The translations under genes and the position numbers were made by a program. A stretch of 64,000 nucleotides of DNA, from NCBI GenBank assembly GCA_046348995.1, contig JAXMDB010000008.1, forward strand, positions 211,525 to 275,524, given 5' to 3'. The DNA comes from Hyphomicrobiaceae bacterium (lineage in GTDB: Bacteria; Pseudomonadota; Alphaproteobacteria; Rhizobiales; Hyphomicrobiaceae). The notes under the pieces are model-generated. The model saw only the letters and a program-made list of their open reading frames with translations, was not told the DNA's origin and did not search any database. How positions within the stretch are numbered: position 1 is the stretch's first letter; each line of letters begins with the position of its first letter. Of this stretch, positions 31,101 to 43,656 are shown in pieces.

Positions 31101-32944
31101 TATTGCGGCTGGGCCACCGGTTGCGGGGCGGGCTGCGGCGCACTTGCCCGCATCGCGTTGCCGAGGATCGCGGCGGCGCCTTCTAGGCCCGAGCCGCCGC
31201 TCGTCACCACCGTATTCGGCACGAGCCGTGAGATCAGGCTGACGAGCTCGGGCTTGCGCTCGAGCGTGACCAGCGTTTTGTCCAGCGCCTGCAGCATCGC
31301 CACCCGATCCTGGCCGAGCACATTGGCTTGGGCGAGCTGACCACGCGCGAGCTCCTCCAGATATTGCCGCTCGGCGCGCCCCAGCGCCGCCCGCTCGGCT
31401 TCCCGCTGTTGGGCCACCTGCACGGCGATCTGAGATTCGACGAGACGCGGCTGCTCGTTGGCGGTGGCGCGCGCTTGCTCGGTCTCGATTCGCTTGGCCT
31501 GGCTTTCCGTCTCGCGCTGATAGGCGATGGCGAGTTGCTGGGCCAATTGCTCGCGCTGGCGCGAGATCAACAGCTCCGGCGGAATGGCCGGCTCGCCGAG
31601 CCTGATCTGCTGGATGTCGACTCCGGCCTTGAGGCCTTCGCGCTTCACCAGAGCCTCGATCGTCCGCTCGATGGCGTCGCGGTTCTCGATCAAGTCGATC
31701 GCATGCGTGCGGCGGCGGATCGTCTTCGTCGTGTCGGCAGGATCGGGGACGACGATCTCGGAGCCCGCGACATTGCGCACGATCGAGCGGATGACCGGGA
31801 TGAGGATGCGATCGCGCACCTCGTCGAGGCCACCGACGGCTCCGACCACCACAGGCGCGTTCTTGGGCGACACCTGCACGAGCACGCGCAGCTCTTGCGG
31901 GATGTCCCAGCCCTCGACTTTCAGGAAGACAGCGCGGTCGGCGGCGTCGCGGATCTCGGGATGCGGCTCCGTTCGCTCGGTCTGTCGAATGTTGCCCTGC
32001 TGGTCGACGGAGAGGTCGATTAGGCGCTTGATGAAGCCGCCCTTGAAGTCCCAGGTCTGCACGCGGGTGTCGACGAGCGTCACCTCGTAGGCGCGGCGAT
32101 TGAGATAGTAGGCGCCGGGCAGCAGCGCATCCCGCCAGATGCCGACGCACCCCGTCGGGACCAGCGGGACCGACAAGGCGCCTTCGAGCCCCCGCGCCTC
32201 GGCCGCCTTCACCTCCTCCTCGACGCAGTGCGCACCCGGCCGCGAAACGTTGGATTTGACGACGCCGACGCTGCCCGCCGGGATGATCGTGGCCGGCGTG
32301 GCCTCCTGAGTGGAGGTCACGCGGAAGAGGTAGCGGTTGAGGCGGTAGCTGCCCGGTTTCAGCACGGTTTCTTGCGGGCCGCGATAGCCGCCTTTGGTCA
32401 GAAACGTCTCGGCCGTCAGCATGCTCTCGACCTGGTCGTCGGCGATCTGGGGCGCGATGAACATGCCCGCCGGCATCGGCAGCCCGTCGAGCGCGGTCAG
32501 CTCCCCATATTGGCCTTGAGGGATGACGACGACGTCGTACTCCTCGACCTCGTAGAGGACGCGGACGAGCGGGATGAAATGGAAGCCGGGGCCGAGAATC
32601 TTGGCCTGCGGCCCTTTCTCGCCCGAGAGACCGATGATGCGGCCCGGCGGCAGCTCGCTGAAGCCGTAGACCCGCTTCAAGTGCCCGACACGGTCGGCGT
32701 CGATGAAGACGTAGGAGGTCTGCGCGATCAGGAAGAGGCCAGCCACGATGAGGGCCAGCGACCCGAAGCGGCTGTTCATGAGCTGCGTGAGCCCGCCGAG
32801 CCGCCCGGTGCCCGGCGTCTGCGGCGGCGTAGCGCCGCGCCGCCAGACGAGGAGGACGATGCCCGCGATGAAGGCCAGGATGCCGATGGTCGCGCCGAGC
32901 ATAGGTATCTCCCCGAAAAGGCGATTCGCCGTTTCCTTGGACAA
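31100..32944 (-). CDS. SPFH/band-7 domain membrane protein (flotillin-like), with a C-terminal Glu/Gln/Ala/Arg-rich coiled-coil
   Basis: N-terminal TM segment (LGATIGILAFIAGIVLLVW), a large SPFH-like beta/alpha region, then an EQAR-rich coiled-coil (QREQLAQQLAIAYQRETESQAKRIETEQARA). 614 aa; the start could be 32944 or an internal ATG. Confidence 0.6.
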   Translation of the reverse strand: MSKETANRLFGEIPMLGATIGILAFIAGIVLLVWRRGATPPQTPGTGRLGGLTQLMNSRFGSLALIVAGLFLIAQTSYVFIDADRVGHLKRVYGFSELPPGRIIGLSGEKGPQAKILGPGFHFIPLVRVLYEVEEYDVVVIPQGQYGELTALDGLPMPAGMFIAPQIADDQVESMLTAETFLTKGGYRGPQETVLKPGSYRLNRYLFRVTSTQEATPATIIPAGSVGVVKSNVSRPGAHCVEEEVKAAEARGLEGALSVPLVPTGCVGIWRDALLPGAYYLNRRAYEVTLVDTRVQTWDFKGGFIKRLIDLSVDQQGNIRQTERTEPHPEIRDAADRAVFLKVEGWDIPQELRVLVQVSPKNAPVVVGAVGGLDEVRDRILIPVIRSIVRNVAGSEIVVPDPADTTKTIRRRTHAIDLIENRDAIERTIEALVKREGLKAGVDIQQIRLGEPAIPPELLISRQREQLAQQLAIAYQRETESQAKRIETEQARATANEQPRLVESQIAVQVAQQREAERAALGRAERQYLEELARGQLAQANVLGQDRVAMLQALDKTLVTLERKPELVSLISRLVPNTVVTSGGSGLEGAAAILGNAMRASAPQPAPQPVAQPQ

Positions 32945-33077
32945 TCCTTAACGGTGAAGGTTCATGAAAATTTAACCCCCTCCGAGGGGCCGGGCGGGAG
33001 GGGGTATCCCGCCATTGTCGAGCCGCTTTTGCGGGCTCATCTGCCGCTGCTCCAGGGCTCCGTTCGGGGGGCAAGAC

Positions 33078-33108
33078 GGTTGAAGCGTCAATCCGCCGTG
33101 CCTATATA
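33078..33108 (+). promoter_or_regulatory. Candidate RpoH (sigma-32)-type heat-shock promoter upstream of dnaK
   Basis: GTTGAAG -35 and CCTATATA -10 elements with a ~16-nt spacer, matching the alphaproteobacterial sigma-32 consensus CTTGAA-N16-18-CCYATNT. About 125 nt upstream of the dnaK ATG. Confidence 0.45.
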
Positions 33109-33232
33109 CGCGGAGGAATTCCTGATTCATCACCATCAGGGGGCCGGGCCTTTTGCCGGCAGGACGGCAGGGGCGGCAACGGGCGCCACAACGGGTCCGG
33201 ACGGTCCGCCGCAGCTAAGGGACTGATTTGAC

Positions 33233-35158
<1,926 letters not shown>

Positions 35159-35274
35159 TCGAGAGCGCGGGGACGAGATGATCCTCGCTGCAGGGACAAG
35201 CCGGCGGCGAGGATCGCCGGATGAGGAAGCAGGCGCTGAACGCGCAGGCGGCTTCCACCATTTGGGCGGCACAC

Positions 35275-36432
35275 ATGGCGAAACGTGACTATTATGAAGT
35301 GCTCGGGCTGTCGCGCGGCGCGACCGAGCAGGACATGAAGAATGCGTTCCGCAAGCTCGCCAAAGAGCATCACCCGGATCGCAATCCGGGTAACGCGGAC
35401 GCCGAGCGCAAGTTCAAAGAGCTGAACGAAGCCTATCAAGTTCTCTCCGACCAGCAGAAGCGGGCGGCCTACGACCAGTTCGGCCACGCGGCCTTCGATC
35501 CGGCCATGGGCGGCGGTGGAGCGGGCGGCTTCGGTGCCGATTTCGGCGCCTCCATGTCCGACATCTTCGACGACATCTTCGGCGAGTTCATGGGCGGCCG
35601 CCGCGGCGGTGGTAGCGGCGGCGGTCGAGGCCGGTCCTCGCGCGAGCGTGGCGATGATCTGCGCTACAATCTCGAGATTGCGCTGAAGGACGCCTACGAG
35701 GGCAAGACGGCGCAGATTCGCGTTCCGACCAGCGTCACCTGCGAGACCTGCACGGGCACCGGGGCCAAGTCCGGCACGCGGGCCACGACCTGCACGACCT
35801 GCGGCGGCATCGGCAAGGTGCGTGCGAGCCAGGGTTTCTTCACGATCGAGCGGACCTGTCCTGCGTGCCAGGGCCGCGGCGAGAAGATCGAGAACCCCTG
35901 CGGCTCCTGCAACGGCACCGGCCGCACGACCAAGGAGCGCACGCTCTCGGTCAACATTCCGGCCGGTGTCGAGGACGGCACGCGGATTCGCCTCGCCGGC
36001 GAGGGCGAGGCCGGCGTGCGCGGTGGGCCGGCGGGCGACCTCTACATTTTCCTCGCCATCAAGCCGCACGAGTTCTTCCAGCGCGACGGCGCCGACATTT
36101 TCTGCAAGGTGCCGATCTCGATGGTGACCGCGGCGATCGGCGGCCAGGTCGAGGTGCCGACGGTCGACGGCGGGCGCACGCGGGTGAAGATCCCGGAAGG
36201 TACGGAAACCGGCAAGCAGTTCCGGTTGAAGTCGAAGGGCATGCCGGTGCTGCGGTCCAAATCGACCGGCGACATGTACATCCAGGTCGAGGTCGAGACG
36301 CCGAAGAACCTGACGCGGCGCCAGCGCGAGTTGCTGGACGAATTCGAGAAGGCGTCCAACAAGGAAACGAGCCCCGAGAGCGCCGGCTTCTTCGCCAAGG
36401 TGGCCGCGTTCTTCGACGGGAAAAGCAGCTGA
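35275..36432 (+). CDS. dnaJ: Molecular chaperone DnaJ (Hsp40)
   Basis: J-domain with HPD ([10 protein letters not shown]), G/F-rich region and four CxxCxGxG zinc-finger repeats. ATG at 35275. Confidence 0.95.
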   Translation: MAKRDYYEVLGLSRGATEQDMKNAFRKLAKEHHPDRNPGNADAERKFKELNEAYQVLSDQQKRAAYDQFGHAAFDPAMGGGGAGGFGADFGASMSDIFDDIFGEFMGGRRGGGSGGGRGRSSRERGDDLRYNLEIALKDAYEGKTAQIRVPTSVTCETCTGTGAKSGTRATTCTTCGGIGKVRASQGFFTIERTCPACQGRGEKIENPCGSCNGTGRTTKERTLSVNIPAGVEDGTRIRLAGEGEAGVRGGPAGDLYIFLAIKPHEFFQRDGADIFCKVPISMVTAAIGGQVEVPTVDGGRTRVKIPEGTETGKQFRLKSKGMPVLRSKSTGDMYIQVEVETPKNLTRRQRELLDEFEKASNKETSPESAGFFAKVAAFFDGKSS

Positions 36433-36444
36433 GGTCGGCCTTTG

Positions 36445-36625
36445 GCCGGAGTGTCACGCTGGATCCCCGGCTCACTCGGCCTGATGGCCGTCGCTTGCCG
36501 AGGATGACGGATACTGTCTCTTTCATTCAGAAAGCCCGACTTCCGTCATCCTCACGCGCGAGCGCGCAGCGGCGAGCAAGGCGTGGGGATCCAGCGTGAG
36601 AGTCCGGCCGAAGGCCGCCTTTGAT
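36445..36625. repeat. Nested-palindrome intergenic repeat element, copy B
   Basis: Inverted repeat CCGGAGTGTCACGCTGGATCCCC/GGGGATCCAGCGTGAGAGTCCGG and inner GAGGATGACGG...CCGTCATCCTC. It shares the GGATCCCC and GAGGATGACG cores with copy A. Confidence 0.7.
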
Positions 36626-36669
36626 TTTGGGGTTGGACACCGCCAGCGCTGACGGCTAAGCAGCCGCTC

Positions 36670-37389
36670 ATGACCCGGCTCACCCCCCAAGACCGCCTGA
36701 TCCTCGCCCTCGACGTACCCACGATCGAGGCGGCGCGCGCCCTCGTACGGCAGACCGAGACTGCGATCTCCTTCTTCAAGATCGGCCACGAGCTGCTGTT
36801 CGGCGGCGGGCTGGAGCTCGCTCAAGAGCTCAAGCGCCAGGGCAGCCAAGTGTTCCTCGACATGAAGCTGCTCGACATCTCCAACACGGTGGAGAAGGGA
36901 ACGGCGAACGTCGCGCGGCTCGGGGTCGATCTCCTGACCGTGCACGGTCACGACCGCAAGACGTTGGATGCCGCCGTCAAAGGGCGCGGCAGCTCTCCCC
37001 TCAAGCTCCTCTCGGTGACGGTGATGACGCATCTGACCGCCGCCGATTTGACCGAGCAGGGCATCGCCGAAAGTCCCGCCGATCTTGTCGTGCGACGCGC
37101 ACTCATGGCGCAAGACGCGGGCTTCGATGGCGTCATCGCATCTGGCGAGGAGGCGGCCCGCATCCGCGCGGCGACCGGCTCTGGCTTCGAAATCGTCACC
37201 CCCGGCATTCGGCCCGCAGGCGAGGCCAAAGGCGATCAGGCTCGCGTCATGACGCCCTCTGCCGCCATCGCCGCCGGCGCCACCCGCCTCGTCGTCGGGC
37301 GGCCGATCACTGCTGCCACCGATCCACTCGCCGCCGCGAAAGCGATCCTCGCCGAGATCGAGAGCGTCAGTGGTGATGGACGAGGATGA
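36670..37389 (+). CDS. pyrF: Orotidine 5'-phosphate decarboxylase
   Basis: LILALDVP start, catalytic K in FFKIGHEL and the DMKLLDI and GIRP motifs. 239 aa. Confidence 0.9.
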   Translation: MTRLTPQDRLILALDVPTIEAARALVRQTETAISFFKIGHELLFGGGLELAQELKRQGSQVFLDMKLLDISNTVEKGTANVARLGVDLLTVHGHDRKTLDAAVKGRGSSPLKLLSVTVMTHLTAADLTEQGIAESPADLVVRRALMAQDAGFDGVIASGEEAARIRAATGSGFEIVTPGIRPAGEAKGDQARVMTPSAAIAAGATRLVVGRPITAATDPLAAAKAILAEIESVSGDGRG

Positions 37390-37912
37390 AGTAGGCCGGC
37401 ACCGCGACGAACGCCGCCGCGGCCCCGCCGAGTGCGAGCCTACTCCAGAGCGACTCATAGCGCCGCCACAACACGGCGATCGATACCGCGACGATCGCCG
37501 CCTCGATCGGCAACATGACAGTGCCGTAGTGGGCCGGATCCCAATAAGAGACCGGCGAGACGAATTTACAATCGCTGAACGGCCATAGATGCGCGTGCCC
37601 GTCCTCGCGATGGAACGGAAAGTCGAAGGCGATGTGCAGCAGACCCGCTAGCGCGAACACCTTCAGCCAATCGAGCCGCGCGGCGAGGGCCAGCCCAAGC
37701 AAGGCGAGATAGACCGGCAGCGAATGCGCGGCGTTGATCCAGGCCTGCCACACCGAATTCCAGTAGAGCCCATACGGCTCGGGCCACAGATCGGCGTGGC
37801 CGAGCCCTGCGAGCTTGGCATAAGCGAACATCACGAACATCGGCGCATCCGGCAGGAAGGAGCCCGCCAATGCGGCCGTGGCGCTCCACCGGCGCTCGGG
37901 GCGCGCCAGCAC
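37367..37912 (-). CDS. Hypothetical His-rich integral membrane protein
   Basis: Several hydrophobic helices with conserved-looking His residues (HIAFDFPFHREDGHAHLWPF and a C-terminal HHH). It may be a membrane-bound metal-dependent hydrolase-like protein. It overlaps the pyrF 3' end by 23 nt, so the true start is probably internal. Confidence 0.45.
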   Translation of the reverse strand: MLARPERRWSATAALAGSFLPDAPMFVMFAYAKLAGLGHADLWPEPYGLYWNSVWQAWINAAHSLPVYLALLGLALAARLDWLKVFALAGLLHIAFDFPFHREDGHAHLWPFSDCKFVSPVSYWDPAHYGTVMLPIEAAIVAVSIAVLWRRYESLWSRLALGGAAAAFVAVPAYFILVHHH

Positions 37913-38000
37913 CGCGGTTCCAATCAGCAGATGCGTTGGTGTATGAATGGCGCCGGTCCTCGCGTGAGCGTGGCCGCAACCTTCTCACAGAAGAGACTCC

Positions 38001-38295
38001 CATGCCAAAGGCCTATTGGATCGCGCGCGTCACCGTCACCAACCCGGATCAGTACAAGGGCTACGCGGAGCTGGCGCCCGTCGCCTTCAAAAAATTCGGC
38101 GCCAAGATTCTCGCCCGTGGTGGACGCCACGAAGGGCTCGAAGGCGAGACGCGCCCGCGCAACGTCGTCATCGAGTTCCCGAGCTACGACGAGGCCATCG
38201 CCTGCTATCACTCGCCCGAGTACCAGGCAGCGAAGGCGAAGCGGACCGGGGCGGGCATTGCCGAGATCGTCATCGTCGAAGGCGTCGAGGGATGA
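38001..38295 (+). CDS. DUF1330 domain protein
   Basis: ATG 38001, MPKAYWIARVTVTNPDQYKGY...EFPSYDEAIACYHSPEYQAAK. It is a paralog of 27897-28184. Confidence 0.7.
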
Positions 38296-38711
38296 CGGCG
38301 CTCAGGCCGGCGGGAGTTCTGGAAACGGTGCTCTATGCGAGTGACCTCGCCGCAGCCGAAGACTTCTATTCGGACGTGCTCGGGCTCGAGCTCTACAGCC
38401 GGATGCCCCCGCGCCAGCTTTTCTACCGCTGTGGCAACGCCATGCTGCTGATCTTCAATCCTAGCGTCACGGAGCTGCCACCGGCGTCGACCGCGTTGCC
38501 CGTGCCGCCACATGGCAGCCGTGGCACGGGACATGTGTGCTTCAAGGCCTCCGCGCAAGAGATTGATCGCTGGCACGCGCATCTCGTGGCAAAGGGTATC
38601 GCCATCGAATCCGATTTCGCCTGGCCCGGGGGTGGCCGCTCCATCTACTTCCGCGACCCCGCCGGCAACTCGCTCGAATTCGCCGAGCCGAAGATCTGGA
38701 AGCTCCCATGA
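38292..38711 (+). CDS. VOC family protein (glyoxalase/bleomycin-resistance fold)
   Basis: ATG 38292 overlaps the upstream stop. Paired beta-alpha-beta-beta-beta modules with metal ligand-like His/Glu (HVCF, LEFAEP). Confidence 0.75.
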   Translation: MTALRPAGVLETVLYASDLAAAEDFYSDVLGLELYSRMPPRQLFYRCGNAMLLIFNPSVTELPPASTALPVPPHGSRGTGHVCFKASAQEIDRWHAHLVAKGIAIESDFAWPGGGRSIYFRDPAGNSLEFAEPKIWKLP

Positions 38712-39328
38712 TGCGTAGGCTCACACGCGGCACGCGGCTCGTGCTCGCCAGTCACAACCCGGGCAAGCTGCGCGAGATCGCGGAGTTGCTGGCCCCCTAT
38801 GGCGTCGACGTCGTCTCGGCGGGCGCGCTCAAACTGCCGGAGCCGGACGAAACGGAGACGACGTTCGCGGGGAACGCGCGGCTGAAATCGGTTGCAGCGG
38901 CGACGGCGTCGGGGCTGCCGGCGCTCTCCGATGACTCGGGCCTCGAGGTCGCGGCGCTCGGCGGTGAGCCGGGCATCTACTCGGCGCGATGGGCAGGCCC
39001 GGCCAAGGATTTCGCGCACGCGATGCGGCTTGTCGAGGAGGGGCTGCAGAAAGCAGGCGCGACGACACCCGGCCAGCGTCGCGCCAACTTCACCGCCGTA
39101 TTGTCGCTCGCCTGGCCGGATGGGACGTCGCAAGAGTTCGAGGGCAAGGTCTTCGGGACGCTCGTCTGGCCACCGCGCGGGACACGGGGCTTCGGCTACG
39201 ATCCGATGTTCCTGCCCGATGGCCGCAATGAGACCTTCGGCGAGATGGAGCCCGAGGCGAAGCATGCCATCTCGCATCGCGCGATCGCATTCGCCAAATT
39301 CGTCGAGGCATGCCTTGCCGCCTCGTGA
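38708..39328 (+). CDS. rdgB: dITP/XTP pyrophosphatase RdgB (Ham1 family)
   Basis: [14 protein letters not shown] start, plus the [17 protein letters not shown] and HAISHRA motifs. 206 aa. Confidence 0.9.
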   Translation: MMRRLTRGTRLVLASHNPGKLREIAELLAPYGVDVVSAGALKLPEPDETETTFAGNARLKSVAAATASGLPALSDDSGLEVAALGGEPGIYSARWAGPAKDFAHAMRLVEEGLQKAGATTPGQRRANFTAVLSLAWPDGTSQEFEGKVFGTLVWPPRGTRGFGYDPMFLPDGRNETFGEMEPEAKHAISHRAIAFAKFVEACLAAS

Positions 39329-40487
39329 CCCCGGCCACGCCGTCTATGTGCATTGGCCGTTCTGCGCGGCGAAGTGCCCGTACTGCGATTTCAATAGTCA
39401 CGTCCGGCATGGTGGTGTCGACGAGGGCTCGTTCGTTGCAGCGCTCGCGCGCGAGCTGGCCTTCCAACGCGAGATGTCGCGCAGCGACGACGTACAGAGC
39501 ATCTTCTTCGGCGGCGGCACGCCCTCGCTGATGTCGCCGAAGGCCGTCGATACGATCCTCGAAGCCATCGCAAGGCTTTGGCCCGTCGCCGCGGATGCCG
39601 AGATCACGCTCGAGGCCAATCCGTCGAGCGTCGAAACGGACCGCTTCGCCGGCTATCGCGCCGCCGGCATCAATCGCGTCTCGCTCGGCATCCAGGCCTT
39701 GAACGATCCCGACCTCAAATCGCTCGGCCGGTTGCACAATCTGGCGGAGGCGAAGGCTGCCCTCGCGACCGCCTTCAAGACCTTCGACCGCGTCTCGTTC
39801 GATCTGATCTACGCCCGCCCCGGCCAGACGCCGGAGCGTTGGCGCGACGAGCTTGGCGAAGCCCTCACCTACGGCGCGTCGCATCTCTCGCTCTATCAGC
39901 TCACCATCGAGGAGGGCACGCCGTTCGCGGCGCTGCACGCCTCGGGCAAGCTCGTGACGCCACCCGATACCCAGGCCGCCGCGCTCTACGAGATCACGCA
40001 GGAGCTCACCGAAGCTTCCGGACTGCCAGCTTACGAGATCTCCAACCATGCGCGCCCTGGTCAAGAATGCCGGCACAATCTCGTCTATTGGCGCTACGGC
40101 ACGTATGCCGGCGCCGGCCCCGGCGCCCACGGCCGGCTGCTCACGCCCGATGGCCGCCGCATCGCGACCTCCACCGAGCGCAATCCCGAGCGCTGGCGCG
40201 ATCTGGTCACGCGGCAAGGTCACGGGATGATCGAGCAAGTGCCCGTGTCGGCGGCCGAGCAGACGGACGAGATGCTGCTGATGGGGCTGCGGCTCGCCGA
40301 GGGCATCGACCTCGACCGGATCGCGGCGATGGCGGGCCGGCCCGTGCGCGTCGCACGCCTGCAGGGCTTGCTCGACGAGGGGCTCGTCACGCTCGAAGGG
40401 CGCCGTCTGCGCGCCACGCCCGTGGGCCGTCCGATCCTCAACCACATTGTCCTTGCGGTTGCCGAAGCGGCCGGCCGAACGGACTGA
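39315..40487 (+). CDS. hemW: Radical SAM family heme chaperone HemW (oxygen-independent coproporphyrinogen-III oxidase-like)
   Basis: [10 protein letters not shown] radical-SAM motif followed by the HemN-like fold. The start is uncertain: TTG at 39315 or a GTG shortly downstream, overlapping the rdgB stop. Confidence 0.85.
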   Translation: MPPRDPGHAVYVHWPFCAAKCPYCDFNSHVRHGGVDEGSFVAALARELAFQREMSRSDDVQSIFFGGGTPSLMSPKAVDTILEAIARLWPVAADAEITLEANPSSVETDRFAGYRAAGINRVSLGIQALNDPDLKSLGRLHNLAEAKAALATAFKTFDRVSFDLIYARPGQTPERWRDELGEALTYGASHLSLYQLTIEEGTPFAALHASGKLVTPPDTQAAALYEITQELTEASGLPAYEISNHARPGQECRHNLVYWRYGTYAGAGPGAHGRLLTPDGRRIATSTERNPERWRDLVTRQGHGMIEQVPVSAAEQTDEMLLMGLRLAEGIDLDRIAAMAGRPVRVARLQGLLDEGLVTLEGRRLRATPVGRPILNHIVLAVAEAAGRTD

Positions 40488-40498
40488 CCCCGTCCCCA

Positions 40499-42031
40499 CT
40501 ACGCTGCCTCGACGGCGCTCCCCGTCGCATTCTCGAGCTCGAACGGCAGCTCGATGGTGAAGCGGCTGCCGGTGCCGGGCGTGCTTTCGACCGCGATCGT
40601 GCCGCCCAGCAGATGAACGAGATCGCGCGTGATGGCGAGGCCGAGGCCCGAGCCTTGATGGCGCCGCGTGTTGGAGGGATCGGCCTGCCGGAATCGCTCG
40701 AACACCACGGCGAGGAAAGCGTCGTCCATGCCGATGCCGGTGTCCTCCACGTCGATGCGGACGATCGCCCGATCGCCATCGCGCGAGACAAGCCGGCCCT
40801 CGAGACGGACATGGCCGCGATCGGTGAACTTCACGGCATTGCCCAGCAGGTTGACGATGATCTGCCTCAGCCGCCACGGATCGCCGACGAGCATCGGCGG
40901 GACGTCGTCGCCGATCACGCAGACGAGCGCGATGCCCTTGGCCTTGGCCGCCGGACCGATCAGATCGCCGACGCCCGCAACGACCTCGCGGATGCTGAAC
41001 GCCGAGGGATCGAGCGTGAGCTTTCCAGCCTCGATCGCCGAAAGATCGAGCATGCCGTTGATCATGTGCAGGAGCGACTGCCCTGCCTCCGAGATGACAT
41101 TGGCGAACGCGCGGTGCTCGGTGCTCGCAGCTTCCCTCGCGATCAGGCCCGAGAGCCCGAGAATGCCGTTGAGCGGTGTCCTGAGCTCATGACTCATCAA
41201 GGCGAGAAAGTCGGATTTGGCCCGGCTCGCCCGCTCGGCCGCCTGCGCGGCGGCTTCCGCGTACGCCCGCGCGGTCTCGAGAGCGGCGGACGTCCGCCGG
41301 TGCTCGTCTATCTCATCCGCCAGATACCTGGCGTGCTCGGCGACGCTTCGCGTCTCGGCATCGATGCGATCCTGCATCTCGGAGAATGCGGTCATCAGGC
41401 GGCCGATCTCGTCACGCGGCGCGCCGCCACTCAGGCGCTTGAACTCGGTCGTCGAGGTGCCACGCACGGCCTCGAGGACGGCGCCTAGCGGCCGGCCGAC
41501 CGAGCGGCGGAACCCGTAGGCGCTGACGGCGACCGCGAGGAGAAAGGCCACGCAGATGGCGAGCGTTGAAAACTCCCGGCTCATCAGGGCAACCTGCTGG
41601 ATCTCTGCTTCCGAGACGCGGACGGAGAAGACGTTCTCGCCCGACACCCCGGCTTTCAGAGCGACCGTCTCGTACTGCCCCTGCCCTTTGCAGCCGATCA
41701 CTGCCGGCGCCGCCAGCACGACGTTCAGGGCGTTGTCACGCCAATACTCGGCGCAGACGATGGCCGGATCGGTCAGCAGCGTCGCGATGAGCACCTGAGC
41801 GGCCTCGACATGTCGCTCCTCCAGCTCGTGCTCGATCGCCGAGGCGACACTGGCGATCTGGCTCCCGACGCGCGCGGTCAGCCGCTCCTTGGCGGCGCGG
41901 ACGTCGTAGGTCGAGATCATCGACATGGCGACTGCGCTCAGCACCAGGAAGGCCGGTGCGAAATATGCCAGGAACTTCAGAAACAGCCTGCCGCAGCAGA
42001 TACGCCGCGTGATGCCCGATAACCAGCCCAT
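40499..42031 (-). CDS. Sensor histidine kinase (HisKA and HATPase_c, no adjacent response regulator)
   Basis: H-box LMSHELRTPLNGI. The N box (NLLGNAVKFT), G1 (EDTGIGM) and G2 (GSGLGLAI) are all present. 510 aa. Confidence 0.85.
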   Translation of the reverse strand: MGWLSGITRRICCGRLFLKFLAYFAPAFLVLSAVAMSMISTYDVRAAKERLTARVGSQIASVASAIEHELEERHVEAAQVLIATLLTDPAIVCAEYWRDNALNVVLAAPAVIGCKGQGQYETVALKAGVSGENVFSVRVSEAEIQQVALMSREFSTLAICVAFLLAVAVSAYGFRRSVGRPLGAVLEAVRGTSTTEFKRLSGGAPRDEIGRLMTAFSEMQDRIDAETRSVAEHARYLADEIDEHRRTSAALETARAYAEAAAQAAERASRAKSDFLALMSHELRTPLNGILGLSGLIAREAASTEHRAFANVISEAGQSLLHMINGMLDLSAIEAGKLTLDPSAFSIREVVAGVGDLIGPAAKAKGIALVCVIGDDVPPMLVGDPWRLRQIIVNLLGNAVKFTDRGHVRLEGRLVSRDGDRAIVRIDVEDTGIGMDDAFLAVVFERFRQADPSNTRRHQGSGLGLAITRDLVHLLGGTIAVESTPGTGSRFTIELPFELENATGSAVEAA

Positions 42032-42046
42032 GATGCGGCACAGGCG

Positions 42047-42442
42047 CTAGTTGGCCGGCTGGGCGGCGTGCTTCTCGAACTGCGCCTCGAAGGCCTCGTC
42101 CTCGCCGAACAGGGTGTGGAAGAAGACATACTTGCCGCTCTGCTTGGCGACGTAGAAGTTGACCATCACCTCCGTACCGGCATCGTCTCTGAAGTTCGCG
42201 CACAGGTAGTAGTACGGCCCGACCTGCATGATTTTCGGATGCGCTTTGGCCGGATAGAAGGACTGCACGATCCCGGTGACCGGGTCGATATGGAGCAGCG
42301 CTCCGTCGACGAGATTGGCCTCAATATGCCGCTGCATCGCCGCCTGCAATCCGATCGCCTCGGCAGCAGGAACCTCGGTCTCTGCCTTTGCAGGTGTGAT
42401 GGAAACCGAGAACGCCAAAAGCGCGAGCGCTATGCGCGACAT
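42047..42442 (-). CDS. Secreted hypothetical protein (131 aa)
   Basis: Signal peptide MSRIALALLAFSVSITPAKA. It lies immediately upstream of the histidine kinase on the same strand and may be a periplasmic accessory protein. Confidence 0.5.
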   Translation of the reverse strand: MSRIALALLAFSVSITPAKAETEVPAAEAIGLQAAMQRHIEANLVDGALLHIDPVTGIVQSFYPAKAHPKIMQVGPYYYLCANFRDDAGTEVMVNFYVAKQSGKYVFFHTLFGEDEAFEAQFEKHAAQPAN

Positions 42443-42606
42443 CTATCCCTCCCGAGGTCGAAGCGACCGCCAACCCGCTCGACGCGGCTGGGGAGAGGCT
42501 ATGCGCGTCCACGTGCCATACCTTTAACGGGCCGGCAAAAAGGCCCCGATTGGCTTCCTCGAAGCTAACCGGATCGTGCGAATTTTCTTTAAACTGAGGT
42601 TCGGCC

Positions 42607-43509
42607 CTACTTCACGATGCTGCGGCGAACCGGCAGCGTCTTGACGTTGGCCGGCGGCGCGTCGGCGCGGCGCGGTTGGGCGAGCGCGCCCAGGCCGTCG
42701 AGATAGGCCGTGTCGAAGCCCTCGCGATAGACGGGGAACTGCGTGGGCCGGTCGCGGAAGCTCTTGGCCATTTGTCCGAGACCGCGAAGCCCACGCTCCC
42801 GAGAGCGCCGAACCTGCTCCAAATCGATCTCGACGGGGATGATCTGCTCGGTGGCGTCGGCGCGATGCAACGCCCGGCCGGACGGATCGAACACGGCCGA
42901 CTGGCCGTTGCCGCCGGCGCCGAGCCCGTTGATGTCGAAGATGTAGCACTGCATCATCGCCGAGGTCGCATGTGCGACGGCGAGATCGACATCGCGATCG
43001 ATCGTGTGCGTCATCACCGGATGCAAGATGACCTCGACGCCCGAAGCCGTCAGCTGCCGTGATGTCTCCGGGAACCACATGTCGTAGCAGTTGAGAATGC
43101 CGAAGCGGCCGACGCCCTCGACATCGAAATGGAAGAACTGATCGCCTGGCTCGACGCCCTGCTCCAACGGCGTGAACGGGAACATCTTGCTGTAGCGCCC
43201 GACCACCTCGCCTTCGGGGTCGATCACCGAGGTCGTATTGTAGATCGCGCCGTCACGCCGCTCGTACATCGAGCCGTTGACGAGCCAGATGCGATGCTTC
43301 TTCGCCATCTCCTGCAGCTGCTCCTCGGCGGCGCCTGGCAGCGGCTGGGCGTGCTGAAGCAGGGGACCGAAGCAGGCGAGCTCGGAGAACATCACCATCT
43401 GCACCCACGGATAGAGATGCATGGTGAGATCGAGCCGGTGACGCATGGTCTCCAGATTAGAATGCGTCGTCAGCCACATCTGGATGCCGGCGATCGAGAA
43501 AGGCGTCAT
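42607..43509 (-). CDS. Carbon-nitrogen hydrolase family protein (nitrilase/amidase superfamily)
   Basis: Catalytic E-K-C triad context (FSELACFGP ... RYSKMFPF ... GILNCYDMWFPE). 300 aa. Confidence 0.8.
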   Translation of the reverse strand: MTPFSIAGIQMWLTTHSNLETMRHRLDLTMHLYPWVQMVMFSELACFGPLLQHAQPLPGAAEEQLQEMAKKHRIWLVNGSMYERRDGAIYNTTSVIDPEGEVVGRYSKMFPFTPLEQGVEPGDQFFHFDVEGVGRFGILNCYDMWFPETSRQLTASGVEVILHPVMTHTIDRDVDLAVAHATSAMMQCYIFDINGLGAGGNGQSAVFDPSGRALHRADATEQIIPVEIDLEQVRRSRERGLRGLGQMAKSFRDRPTQFPVYREGFDTAYLDGLGALAQPRRADAPPANVKTLPVRRSIVK

Positions 43510-43656
43510 GGTCTGCTCCGGGTCGGCCCGCAGTTCGGTCGCCGAGGCTCGTCAGCGGAGGGCTGGCTGTCAAGGCGGCATGCTGGATGGCTGTGATGAA
43601 TTTATCACGCCCCCGTCGGTGGCCGGTAAAGAGGAATGCGGTCGCTGCGAGCGTGG

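Noticed and set aside
30779-31340. Two ORFs on opposite strands both beginning MRMTK-FVIL
   Set aside because: They lie on the nested palindromic repeat. Identical N-termini on both strands are a palindrome artefact.
39090-41488. 595-aa (-) and 636-aa (+) ORFs overlapping hemW and the histidine kinase
   Set aside because: Antisense artefacts. The hemW and kinase frames carry diagnostic motifs.
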